DNA of 64,000 bases, taken from positions 40,796,001 to 40,860,000 of the forward strand of contig NC_042998.1 in assembly GCF_006345805.1 (NCBI RefSeq), read 5' to 3'. The notes beneath the pieces are model-generated. The model did not search any database and was not told the DNA's origin. It saw only the letters and a program-made list of their open reading frames with translations. Origin of the DNA: Octopus sinensis. Lineage: Eukaryota. This document shows positions 50,286-63,254 of the stretch, in pieces. How positions within the stretch are numbered: position 1 is the stretch's first letter; each line of letters starts with the position of its first letter. A program made the position numbers and the translations under genes.

Positions 50286-52229
50286 TCATGCAGAAATATT
50301 ATCCTACTTGGAAACAGTTGAGGGTTGGCAGCAGGAAGGGCATCCAGCCATGGAAAATCCACCCCAACAAATTCTGTCTGGTCCATATGAACATGGAAAA
50401 ATGAACAATGATGTTGATGATAATTTTCATTTTATGTGCATACTGGCTTGTGTTATTTTTTATGCTTATATTTTACTTTTCCTGTTATGTAGGGTTTTAA
50501 TTCTAGCTGTTCTTATATTCAAATGAATAATTATTTGAAAGTTAGCATTCATTTTGTGTTCTAAAACTTTTAGATGCTCCCTAATGTACAGTATTGATAT
50601 ATTGCGAGTAGTTGCAGTTAATTGACTGAGAAGAGAAAATCTAGAATGTAATGTGGCAGCACATTCAAGGTATCAAGGTTTTGTATACAGTACATGACTA
50701 TTTCCTTTTCCCTATATTTTCTGCTGAGAAGTAGAAGGAAAATTATTATAGCTTTTATATGGAAGGTGAGAGTTAAGTCACATTGAATAATTGCTCAGGC
50801 TACAAATGTGCTACATAAATCGCATGGTTGATTAGGCCAAGAATATGTATATTACACTGTAATGGAGATACTATAATCTAAAAATATTAGCTGTCAAAGA
50901 TTTCATCAAAATAATTACTATAAATGCACTTCATCCTCATGAAATGCTAATTTCTTTATCTTCACATTCATTGCTTTAAAGAGAAAATATAACTGTTGTC
51001 TTGTTGCATTTTTTGTTAAATTGGGTACAGTTTTGTTGACTTGGGTGCATTTACAATTTTTGGTATGAGAATACTGATGAGTTCTGGTTATCATGGTTTC
51101 AGAATATTTATTTGTGCTGTATTATTCTCTTTTTATTCATTTACTTCAAATATAACAGTGCTCATTCTATCAATGCATCCTGACAGGATAGAAGTCCTAA
51201 ATCAAAATGCATAAAGTTGAATATAACTTAGCTACTGTATGAGTTAATGGTAAGGATGATGTTCTCATTAAACCATTGATGAATAATATTGATCTGAAAG
51301 TGTAAGAAATATAGAGAAATCCAATACCTTTTTGTCTGTGCAGCTACTAAGTGCACACGTTTAGGTACCCATTGTGGAAAAAAAATCATTGAGTGGTCCA
51401 CTTGGTTCTTGGTTATTTCATGCAATTGTATATTAATCTTGTACAAGTGAAGTATTATGGAACTGAAAGCTTCTAGTACAGGTTGAATTGTATTCAAACT
51501 CTCTTGTTAGAAGTAAATGATGAGATATGCTGGATAATTATTGGGCATAAAAACCTAAAAAAATAGAACTAGAGACTTAATGGTTTAAAATAAATGATAT
51601 TGAGAGATGACAGCTTCAATATCTAGCAGTACTGTGTTTGTTGTGAGTATCTGGAATTACATGAACTGTAAAGACAACTACAAAAGGTATTGAGTCATTT
51701 ACTAAAAATTGAGATTCTGTCTTGAGGTGCCAAAATTGTCAGAGTACTGGGTGAGACAGCTAATGAAGGCTGAATTTTCCTTTTTTTTTTTTGTTCAGTT
51801 TGTTGCCTATTTTTTATTTTATAGTTTGTTGCCTATTTTTTATTTTATAGTTTGTGTCTTCTTTATATGCTATCATTCTGATGATGATCATCATCATTTT
51901 ATGTCCACTTTCCATGCTGGTATGGTTTAGATGGTTTGACAGAACCTAACAAATCAGAAGACCACACTTGCTCCAGCATCTGTTTTAGCATGATTTCTGT
52001 GGTTGAATATTTTTCCTGTAACTATCCACTTCTCATTGTGCACAAAGTACATTTTTCTTATAGCACCAGAATTATAGAGGTTATCTGGCCATCAGCAAAA
52101 CTAAATAGTCCCTTTGATTTTGTATTGTCACTGCTTAATTTGCCAGCTACATTATAAAGTGTACTGGATACATTTTTTTCATGGTACCAGCACTAGTGTA
52201 GTGTCTTGCAATTCATGGCGATTGTGGAT

Positions 52230-52515
52230 CTTTTCAGATTCTTGCTCAATCACTTCATCTTAATGTCTTCTCTAAGTTTCTTGAGCCTATCAATGTGCAA
52301 CTTGCTGCTCACACTATAGCTACCTTCCAGAAAATCAAGAGTAATGACATCTTTCTTGTCTCCCAAAACAATCACCCTGGCTTTGTGCATGTTACTGGTT
52401 CTTGAACTTCTTGGGCCTTTGAGAAAGGGCATAACACCATTCTATGGCCTGAGCCTTCATTTCCAGGTCATAAAGATACACTCGTGCTTCATCTTCTGTC
52501 ATCAAATGGTTCCAG
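52230..52515 (-). pseudogene. Mariner transposase remnant
   Basis: MTEDEARV..YD.EMK.Q..EW and V...DKKDVITLDFLEG....Y...LKKLREDI resemble the DD34D catalytic region. Confidence 0.65.
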
Positions 52516-53069
52516 TACATATATATATTTAATCATTGTTTTAACGTCTGCCTTCCATGCTGGCATGGTTGGGACGGTTTTACAGGAGTTGGCCAAGCAG
52601 AAGCCTGCACCAGACTTCTGTGACTGTTTCGGCAGAATTTTTACAGTTGAATGTCCTTCCTAACACCAACCACCCAGCTGAGTGGACTGTGTGCTTTTTA
52701 CATACCACAAGCACAAGTAAGGTCAGTTTTGGTAAGGTTTCTTGCAGCTGGATGCCCTTCCAAATGCCAACCACTTTGCAGTGTGGACTGGATGCTTTTT
52801 AAGTAACACCTGCAGTGACAGGGTCACCAAGTAACCTGAAAGAAAAAAAGTCTTTTGGGAGGGGAGAGGTATTGGAGGAGGTGATCTTGTGTCAAATGAT
52901 GAAAGGTTATAATGAGACAGACAGAAACAGGTGTCTTGCTGTAGAGGAGGTACATAGTTACCCAACTGGAGAAAGAGAGAGAAAGAGAAAGAGATCAGGA
53001 ATGAGGACATATATATATATATAATCTTCATCCATCTCATAATGTCAAGACAAAGGTATACACACACGC

Positions 53070-53600
53070 ATATGATGGGTTTCTTTGAGTTTCCATTTAC
53101 TAAATCCACTCACAAAGCATGTGGTTAAGAAACTTGCTTCCCAACCATGCCGTCGTGGGTTTGGTCCTGCTGTGCAGCACCTTGGGCAAGTGTCTTCTGC
53201 TCTAACTTGAGGCTAGCCAAAGTCATGTGAATGACATCACATGTTGATTGTAAACAAGTATTACCAACATACAAGTGACATTGTTCATTACCAGTCTTCC
53301 ATGAAAAACCTGTCTGGCTATGGGAAATATTATTTTACTTGGAAACAACTGAAGGCTAGGTGACCCTTTCTATGGTCACGTGGGTTAGCCAGAATTTGTT
53401 GTGGTAGGTTTTCTACTGTCAGATGCCCTTCCTGTCAGCCACTGTTACCTGTTTCCAAGTAAGGTAATATTTCCCCATGACCTGACATATTTTCACAGAA
53501 GATTGGAAATGGAAGACACTGCTTGCATTGTGATGATACTTGCTTACAACTATCACATATGTCAAGGCAAGGAGACAGTAACACAGTAGATGAAAACTGC
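53070..53600. mobile_element. Cluster of SINE fragments in both orientations
   Basis: Minus fragment ~53070-53118, plus head ~53120-53360 and minus fragment ~53420-53590. GGAAATATT...TTACTTGGAAACA occurs in both orientations. Confidence 0.6.
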
Positions 53601-54399
53601 AAAGAGCCATGTGTGTGTGTATATATGTATATGTGTGTATGTATATATATGTATGTGTGTGTATATATATGTATATATATATGAGATTAGTTATTTGTAG
53701 GGTCCATTAGAATCAAGGCATTTTAATATTAAGGACACCAAGCGAGGGTTGAGAACTGCACATCTGTATGTATGCCATATACAAACACTCATATACCCAA
53801 GCATATACTGACATGCTCATGCACTTAGATTTACATGCACATGCAAATATACACATATGTACAGGTTTACATGTACATGAAATTATATACCAATGCACAC
53901 CTGCATGCAGTTACATGATCCAATAAAAGTACCGGATATGTGTGTATGCACACACTCATGTGTATATATATATATATGTATGTACATGTGTGTGTATATA
54001 TTTCTGTACATATTTGTGGTGTAGTGAATGGTTTGCAATGTTTGCAGTCGTGTATGCTTCTCAAGAGCAGGGCTCATTAGTCACCAACGGGGCTGCAAAC
54101 GCAAAATATAAGTTAGTCTGAGAGTGCACAATGTTCCTGAAGGTTTGCAATGGTCTTCCTAGTAATGAGAGGATGGCTATCATCATGATGTATGTGTGTG
54201 TGTGTGTGTGTGTAGGTATATGTATATATGTGGGTGTGTGTGTGTATGGGTATGTATATATATATATGTGTATGGGTATGTATATATGTGTGTGTGTATG
54301 AGTATGTATATATATATATATATATATGTATATGTATCAGGTCATCCCATTAGTTCTGTCCAATTTTACCTTTTTTAAAATTGAATGAAGTTTAATAGT

Positions 54400-54640
54400 A
54401 ATCCTGCAGTACTCTTTCACCACAACTTTCTGTCACTCTTTCTTCCTGTTTCTGTTGTACCTGTATTTCAAAGGGTCAGCCTTATCACACTCTGTGTCAT
54501 GCTGAATCTCCCCGAGAACTATGTTAAGGGTACACATGTTTGTGGAGTGCTCAGCCACTTGCATGTTAATTTCACGAGCAGGCTGTTCCGTTGATCAGAT
54601 CAACTGGAACCCTTATTGCCATAACTGATGGAGTGCCATG
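54400..54640 (+). mobile_element. SINE-like fragment of a second family
   Basis: GAGTGCTCAGCCACTTGCATGTTAATTTCACGAGCAGG block of SINE-core character between microsatellites. Confidence 0.4.
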
Positions 54641-54654
54641 AATATATTTATGTA

Positions 54655-54691
<37 letters not shown>

Positions 54692-54789
54692 TTCGAATCC
54701 GGAGACAAGCAAGATATATTTAGAAGAAAAATAGGAAAAGGAAGCAAACACTCATGGTATTATATCATTTAAATCTTCATATCTCCTCT

Positions 54790-55690
54790 TTTAAGGGGTT
54801 TGATAATGTTGCCATCAACAAAACTACGAGCAAAGAACTGTAAATGGATTTGGAGGAAGAGGAGGACTTCACCAAGTTATTTGAGAAAGACAAACAGCCC
54901 CTGACAAACGAGGATTTGATATAGCTTCACAAGCAGCAAAAGAGAGAAGAAACCGAAGTTGAACCTGAGCTGCATCACTTTACCATTAAGAAAATGCAGT
55001 AAACATTTGCATATATCGGAAAAAGTCTTTCTATAGTTCAAGGATATGTATCCAAATGCTCAACGCTTTTTCCAAGATTATGGGTGCTTTTCACGAAGCT
55101 TTTGCTCCTTATAATGTAATCCTTAAAGCAAAAAAGACTGTTCAAGAAACTCTCAACCAGTTTTTTTAAGTGCATCAAACAACAAAACAGCCAGAGTTAG
55201 CTGTTGATGTTGACAATCCACAGACATCCACATCTGCAATATAAACCACCTAATTGTATGTACGTATTGGTAAATTTAAAATAATTTAGTTTTTCTACTA
55301 TTGCAAAATAATAATAATTACAGAATTTGTTTTTTAAGCTTAAAAAAGGCTTTTATTTTATCAATGCTTATTGCAAACTGCATTCATAAATAAAGTGTTT
55401 GTGATGTACGGTAAACATCACCAAATTGTATTTGGCAATTTAGATAACTTTTTTTTTTACTGTACTGTATTAAAAAATAAAAATTATTTGTTTGTAAGCT
55501 TAAAATAGGTTGTTATTAACCATTTATTATTGAAAATGCATTCATAAATAAAGTACAGAACTGGGAATGGTTATTATCGGTTTAGCCTAGAGACAAGTAA
55601 ATTCAGCCTAGCCTAAAGACAAGTTAATTCGACTTCAGTCAGACTTAAGTCATGTCTCTTGGAACCAATCAACAATGTAGGGTGATGTAT
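54790..55690 (+). mobile_element. Tigger/pogo transposase C-terminus and 3' end remnant
   Basis: FKGFD...DLEEEEDFTKLF...PLTNEDL matches the Tigger C-terminal pattern; GGAACCAAT subterminal motif near 55660. Confidence 0.6.
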
Positions 55691-55693
55691 GCT

Positions 55694-55729
<36 letters not shown>

Positions 55730-56394
55730 GGGAAAACAGATTTTGATTCCTAATACACTCCTGTTTATCATTGTCTTTACCTATAATTTATGAGCATAAC
55801 ATTTTTGTGCATGTTTAAATAAAAGTAATATACTGGTAGTATTTTGGATACTTTTATCCCTTAGACGGTTGTTTTAACCTCTAACTCAACTAACCTTATA
55901 TATATATAGATAGATAGATAGATAGATAGGTAGATATAAATATATAAGTTATATCATATGTAAATGAACATAAGTCTGTTTTTGAAGTGCTGAAATGTAT
56001 TGTAGTACAAGTAGAAAGATATATTTTTCAATGTGTAAGTACTGATAGAACTGCATGTATGTAAATGTCGAACTCCATGTCCTGCTGTTGTAAAGCCATA
56101 ATTCAAAATAATGGCTGTGGGACTAGATTCAAATAATAAATTTTTGTTCATTGATCATTTGTGCAAAAAATTTTCAATTTAAACGAAATATTGTTGGTAC
56201 AGTCTTAAATTTATTTTGCCAACAATTTTTAATTATTTGAATTAATTGTGCAATAAAATTATTCAAATTGTAGTAAGATATATAATGCCTATATCATTCG
56301 AAAGAGAAAAGAATTCTACATAAACTGTAAAAAGTAAAATAATTTTATACAGTTTTGTTAAAGATAAATTAATGAAGGAATCATCAGTCTTAAA

Positions 56395-57258
56395 AAGAGG
56401 TTTGTCACATTTCTAGGACAACACTCTCCACCCTATGAGATGACATCTGGTGTACCACAGGGATCTGTTCTTGGTCCCCTTTTACTTGTTGCATATGTTA
56501 ATGACATAGATGCCAACTTAAAGAATGCCAGCTATTTGTGTTGGACAAAACACATCGCTAAAATTGCCAAGAACACTGAGGGTATCTTGGCATCACTCAC
56601 CAAGTCCTTTGTTAGCCATTCTCCGGCTATCTATCTGCAGCTTTATATAGCTATGGTACGATCTCACCTGGAATTTGCATCACTGGTCTAGAACCCCTAT
56701 CTTGTCCAGGATATTAATCGTCTGGAAGCTGTTCAGCGACGTGCAACCAAGAGAATACCCTCCATCAGGCATTTGTCATATTCTGAACGCCTTACTTCCC
56801 TGGGCATGGACACATTGAAACTCTGACGTCTGGCAGCTGACTTGGCAGACACCCATAAAATTGCTAACCATCTTACAAACAGTAACTCTGAGCACCTTTT
56901 CAAACTCCACCTGTCTAACACCCGTGGACATGGTTACAAAGTCAGAAAACAGCACAGTTCCCATGACTTTCGGAAACATTTTTTCACGCTAAGAGTTGCT
57001 GAAGCATGGAACAGACTGCCGGCATCTGTTGTTAGTTGTTGGAGCACTGCATCCTTCAAAACTTCCATGCTTCCTGAGATTCGCCAACACTACACCTGAT
57101 TTTCCCCCCTCCATACACACGCAAGCATGTATCTGACTCATGCACTGTTCGCTTTCCAGACATTTCTACATTACTGCATATACTTTATATGCACTTTTGA
57201 CAAGTTGTGGTGCACCTGAGCACTGTATACAATAATTTCATTATTATTATTATTATAT
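56395..57258 (+). mobile_element. 5'-truncated, internally deleted CR1-clade LINE
   Basis: SGVPQGSVLGPLL..Y.ND, VRSHLEFAS, LEAVQRRATK, SY.ERL..LG, FFTLRV...WNRLP..VV, then 3' UTR and (ATT)n tail. Confidence 0.9.
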
Positions 57259-58417
57259 TATTAAACTTATTTTGTCCAGTGTGTGTGTATTTATATATAT
57301 AATGTCCCTTGTGTTGTGACAACACACCTGCTTGTCTCTTTGTCACTCTAATTTTCATCCTCTGACACAAATGTGCTGGTGGTATGTTAAAAGCATCCAG
57401 TCCACACTGTAATGTGGTTGGTTTCTGGAAGGGGGCATCCAGCCATAAAATCCCTTCCAAAACTGACACAGTATCCTTGGGTAGATTTTCTACCTGGCCA
57501 ACTCCTGTCAACCATCCTACCCATGCACACATGTTGATGATTATGATGATGATGATGATATATATATATATGTACATAAATAAACACATATGATGAGCTT
57601 TCAGTTTTCATCTATCAATGTGTGTGTGTAAAAATATATATAGTTTTGATTTCTCAGTGGTGTTGGTGTTTTCATTGGAATTGTCTGGGTTGAAGAAATC
57701 AAACTCCACCAAACTTCAGAGTTACTGTCAATAGATTTGACAATGATATGAAACCCTACACTTGTAGTTAGTATTTTATTCTGTTAATATTTTTGTTTTC
57801 ATTTCTATAAAAATACTCATTTTAAATTGTGTGTGTGTGTGTGTGTGCGTATGTGGTGGTGGTGGGGTGTTTGTGTAAATATATATATTTTATAATTTAA
57901 AGAATGTAAAAATGTAAAGTAACTCATTTTTGGCAACTTTATTACATATTTCTTTGAAGTGAAAAATATATTTTAGCTCTTTCTGTGTTACTTCCTCTAC
58001 ATGTAAAAGAGTTGGTACAATCACTACTTCTATACCAGAGGTGCCTTGTCTGCTGCTGTTTTACCAGGGGTGCCTTGTCTGCTGCTGGTGCCTCTCTTTC
58101 TTCATCTATCGTTCTTTCACTCCTCTTCTATAAGATTTTACACTTAACATTTCAGCGAAAATACCTCTATTTTTGCTTATCGTTTGTTGATATCATTTGT
58201 GATGTTACATATCTAATGTTAAGGTGTAAAGTTCTAAGTCCTAAAATTATACAACTAACTTTTACACGTTTTGAAAGATCTCTTCATCATGATCTTATTC
58301 TTAATATACTACATGGATTTAATTTCGTAATTTGTGGATTATTACTTTGGAGAATTGAAGCTTTGGTAGGGGAGATCTGATTCATTTGGATTACCATCTG
58401 TAAATGATTTTGTAACT

Positions 58418-58439
58418 ATGGCAGATGAAGAAGAAGAAA
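58418..58439 (+). CDS. Candidate alternative first coding exon of the dystrophin-like gene (MADEEEE + phase-1 A)
   Basis: Strong Kozak ACTATGG, in-frame TAG upstream at 58367 and consensus donor A|GTAAGT at 58440. Lies in unique sequence; same phase as the 41416 exon. Confidence 0.55.
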
Positions 58440-59750
58440 GTAAGTGTTTCCATGTGTTTATACATTTTTGCTTGCTATATTCCCAACACTGTTTACTATT
58501 TTCTCTGTCCCAGATAAGTGTTATGGTTCTCAAACTTCTTACATCTGATATTTTCTTTTTATATCTGTAGCTATAAAAGAATATTTGATTGAAGAATTGA
58601 AAGTAAAACTTTGCTCTATGTACTCAAAGACAGCAGTTATTAAAAGAAAAACCTTCATTTTATTATTTTATTATCATGTATTCAAAATACATTTAGTAAC
58701 AAAATATATGGAGATTGCTAAAACAGTAAATAAGATATGTTAACATTAATCTTATTTTAAAAACAAAGTAATGTACTTGGTTCTAAAATATATTAGAATA
58801 TTTCTTTCTCATTTTTTTTTCTTTCCCCCTTTCTCAGAGATTAAAAGATGTTCTCTAAAAGTTGAAAAAGTTAAATATGAAATTATAATTTGGATAATTA
58901 TTAATTTGAGTTTTTTAATAAATATAGTTCCATAAATAGATGTTGTTATTTTAATAAATATAGTATATAGTATTCAAGTATAATACTAGTCAATAACAAC
59001 AACAGCAATAATAATAATATTTCTTCTCATAGAAAAGATATGGAAAACTTAATTGCAATGGTCTATGCTTTCCTGTTTGGTATCTTCTTATGGTACTGAT
59101 ACACAGTAACTGTGAAAATCAGACAAATCTTTTAGAATTTAGTAGAAGAACAAATTTATAAATTATTGTGTATATATTGAATCTTTTGAGAAGTTTTTTT
59201 TTCTTTTTAGTTTTATCTTGCTCTACAACTTTGTGATATTTCAAATTGCATGTTCAATTATTTTCCAGTATCGGTATATGAATAACACTTCAAAAATCCA
59301 TTACTCCATCTTCATAATTCATGTAAAAACACAAATATATATTATAGATATTAGTGTAAATAAACTTGTGATTCTTAAAATTGCAATTACTTGTAGCTTG
59401 CAGCTGAAATTTTACCTGTTGCTTTTAATTTCAAGCATAAACAACACTATTAGGAGAAAAATAATTTCACTGGGTCAGTCATTGAATTTGGTGCTTTGAT
59501 CCTATTATCAGGTGTTCAAGTATTTATAAGATAATCTTAATTCAAGTATTTATAAATTTATAGTTGCAACCAAGAAAGTCCTTTGATTGTTGTTCTATAA
59601 GATATTAGCATTTTGGTCTAATTGAGGAACTTCAAGCGGTCAAATAAAAATCTGAACTACTTGCTGAGTACTTGACCTCAGAAGTGAAAAAAAGTAGAAA
59701 TATACCTGTTTAAGAAGAATGATGTTGACCAAAAGATTTAATATGATAAT

Positions 59751-59793
<43 letters not shown>

Positions 59794-59799
59794 ATGCAG

Positions 59800-59841
<42 letters not shown>

Positions 59842-60499
59842 TATAGATATACGCATATACATAAATGTATATATAAAATATATGTATACATATATACACA
59901 TATAAATATATCTGTCTGGTTGTCTGCCTATCTATGCATGCACACACACATACAGTGAGTCTCTGTAGTGCTATTGTTTTTCTGTCTGTTGCATAAATGT
60001 ATTACATCTTTGTGCATATCTTCATATTTATTGTTTTAGAAATGTAACTAGTTATTAGCATCTTTTAAGTTCATATTAATTTTATTACTTGGTATGAAAT
60101 CTAAATAATGAAAGTTGAGTCATTTGTAGTTGATGTTTTTGCATCAACATGTCCCCATGGAGCTTTAAAATAACTAGTATGCCTATAATACTTCTTGTTT
60201 TCATCATTTATTCTTGATTATTTCTCTCTAAATACAGTTACCTATTTCATATATTTATTGTAATCTTTTATTGAGGATTAATTTGGCTTTCAGCTAAATC
60301 ACTTCAACTATCAGTTGTAGTACACATCAACATTCCTATTATCCATGATACAACATAAATCTCTCAGTAGCAAACATTTGATACTCTTAAGTCTGACTTT
60401 TATATTTTACTTCAACACTGTTTATCTTTCACTGTTTATCTTCTGAATCAACATTGCTTATCTCATGAAAATACTTTTATTTTGTATTTTATACCAATA

Positions 60500-61019
60500 C
60501 AGTTGATAATCCTTTTTATCTGAAATGTTTGGGACCAGATGTGTTTCAGATTTTGTATTTGTTCAGTGTTCAGAATTATTGTATATTTAAAGCTATAAAA
60601 TCAGACAACTTGGGCTCAGGACCCAATCTAAATAAAGTTATCCATTTACGTTTTATAAAATGGTATGTCAGTATATACATGTATACACAGTATGCCCGCA
60701 AGCACATGCACACACACACAAACACGTGCATGCACACACACACCATGAAAATAGTTCCATATAAATTTAGTACTTCCTCAGGTATTGCATGTCATATAAC
60801 AATTAGTTTCACTTTTCACCAAAACAAGCACCTAACACTTTCATATCAACTTGTCAACCTCATAAAACAGTTTGTGTGTCAGTTTTGGTTTCATTTTATG
60901 TTGACATAAAACACTCCTTTAAGAGAGAATATTTTCCAAATACTTTCAGAAATTTTTCATTTGTGGCATTTTTCCACACTGAAAAAGTTTTGGATTTTCA
61001 GATAAAGGATTATCAACTG
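60500..61019. mobile_element. MER2/Tigger-like MITE
   Basis: TA|CAGTTGATAATCCTTT..ATCTGAAA ... TTTCAGATAAAGGATTATCAACTG|TA. Internal TTGGGACCAGATGTGTTTCAGATTT resembles MER2. Confidence 0.85.
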
Positions 61020-61094
61020 TACTAAGCTTCTTTTGCCTGTATTTCTATTTCATACAATTTCATATTTCAACGTTATCTTATCCTGTTTTTAGGC

Positions 61095-61495
61095 ACAGGC
61101 ATAGCTGTGTAGTTAAGAGGTTCATTTCTCAACTATTAGGTTTCTGGTTCAATTTCACTGCATGGCACCTTGGGCAAATGTCTTCTGCTATATCCCTGCA
61201 TTAATTCGGTAGATGGAAACTGAAAGAATCTCATCATATATGTATATCTTTATTTGTATCTCTTTATCTTGACATTATAGTCATGAATGAGCATAATTGT
61301 CATACAAGCAGTGTTATTCATTTCTCATCTTCTATGAAAACATGGCCAACATGGGGAAATAATATTTTGCTTGCTTAGGAGCAGGTAAGGGATGGAGACA
61401 GAAAAGATATTTGATTATAGAAGAATCTAATGAATTCCATCTGACTCCTGCAAGTATGGAGAAATGGATGTTAAAATGGTGATGATGATGATATC
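61095..61495 (+). mobile_element. SINE with (TGA)n tail
   Basis: TAGCTGTGTAGTTAAG / GGTTCAATTTC boxes, CCTTGGGCAAATG core and GTTAAAATGGTGATGATGATG tail. Confidence 0.7.
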
Positions 61496-62046
61496 CTATT
61501 GTGTTTCTATATGAAGAGGTTAACTTTGTTTTCATTGAACTGTTTAACTTCACAGCTTTCCAATGAATTTTAAAAATTGTTTTTTCATTAAAAAATACAT
61601 CAATTTGGACCTTTATGATTAATAGAAAATTGTATTATTTTCCATAATTAGTGACAGCTACATACAAGTCATATTCATATTTATTTTTAATAACTTAGGT
61701 TAGAATAATGTTCAGGTTAAAATTCATCTTTTCTGTTAGGATTTCCTTTAGAAACACTCTTTTAAATTGTTTGACTTGAATCTACTGACAGGTGCTCCAA
61801 TTTATGTATGCATGCCTTTTCTGATAGATTTAACTCAATCATGCAGGGTTGAATTCAAATTCTTACACAGTTGCATAAAACATGACAAATATGGCAATTG
61901 GTGACAGAGTTCTCTGTTTCGAATGTATTGTTATTTACTTTGGTTGCATTCATACATGCAAATTGAAATAGTGCATGCATATGCATGCACAAGAAAATTT
62001 AACTGCTTAATGTAATTTCTTTTCCCATGAAATAAGTTTACCAAAA

Positions 62047-62080
<34 letters not shown>

Positions 62081-62298
62081 CTGTAAACATAAGAAGCATG
62101 CTCTAAGTTACAGAGCAGTATAAATGTTAAATAGGGCATGTTTATGGGATTACCTTCGATTTCATGTCCATAAAGGGCTTAGCTTTATGGCATGTCACTA
62201 TCATCAGATCCCAAAATCTGTTGGCTAATGGCCTCTAAGCTAACCCCTTTATGGATATGAAACCTAAGGTAATCCCATAAACCAGCTTCATCCAACTT

Positions 62299-62299
<1 letters not shown>

Positions 62300-62369
<70 letters not shown>
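62300..62369. repeat. Pure (AC)n microsatellite
   Basis: Directly visible. Confidence 0.97.
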
Positions 62370-62373
<4 letters not shown>

Positions 62374-63175
62374 GTGCAGTGAATAAATTGTCACCTAAAT
62401 TATGAAAATAACACTGGCAACTCCTTTTAACAGATATATTTACCAAATTACATTAAAATATCTTGAAATACTAAAGAGTAAATTTATTCAATAAAATTGC
62501 CATTGGCTTCAACCATGGCCTCCAGACAACTTTTGAATTGCCTGCAACTCTTCTAGAGAATCTCCCTGTTTAAGTTGATGAATGCTGCCATAATCTTTGT
62601 CCTCAGTTCATCTTTGGTGTTATAAGGAGTTTTGTTGGTCTCTCACTCAGCTGTGCCTCACACATATTAATCAAGGGGGTTGCAGGCTGGAGAGTTAGGT
62701 GGCCAGAATTTAGGGGTGATGTGGTTGCAGAAATTGGTTGACAGCCATGACTGGGCACTCCTGCTTGCATGGCATGGTGCAGAGTTCTGTTGCCAGACAT
62801 AGGGTCTTCCAGCAGCCACCCTCTTGACCCAGGCAGCATTACCTCCTCCAGGCACATGATGTAGGCATAATGTCATCATCACTAGTGATCACTCCAAACA
62901 GCATGATGACTGGATTTTTGCTAATCTCAGTACATGTCTGCAGATTGACACCAAAACACACTGAAATGTTCATATTGGAGCTTCTGGTGTGAATGCCAAG
63001 CAGTACAGCATGTCATTTCTAAATTTCTGGCAGAGTGAATTGCATCATGGTGCTGTTTTTCTCACAGATAGTGCCCAGCTGACCCTACTATACTGTATAG
63101 TTGACAAAATCAAAAACAATGTGCATGCATGAAATAAAAAATTTGAAATGGCAACAATTTGCCCATTGCACACTG
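62370..63175 (-). mobile_element. Deleted Tc1/mariner-superfamily (maT/DD37D-like) transposon
   Basis: Imperfect ~26-bp TIRs CAGGGTGCAGTGAATAAATTGTCACC / GGCAACAATTTGCCCATTGCACACTG|TA. Minus-strand YVWQQNSAPCH...WPPNSPACNPLD. Confidence 0.85.

Positions 63176-63254
<79 letters not shown>

Noticed and set aside
57985-58380. 131-aa + strand ORF upstream of the MADEEEE exon
   Set aside because: Non-ATG start, hydrophobic low-information composition, and a different frame from the ATG exon; likely UTR or promoter.
58838-58935. Strong acceptor after the MADEEEE exon as dystrophin exon 2
   Set aside because: The phase-1 reading gives KIKRCSLKVEKVKY... and stops; no ERED/VQKKTF motif.
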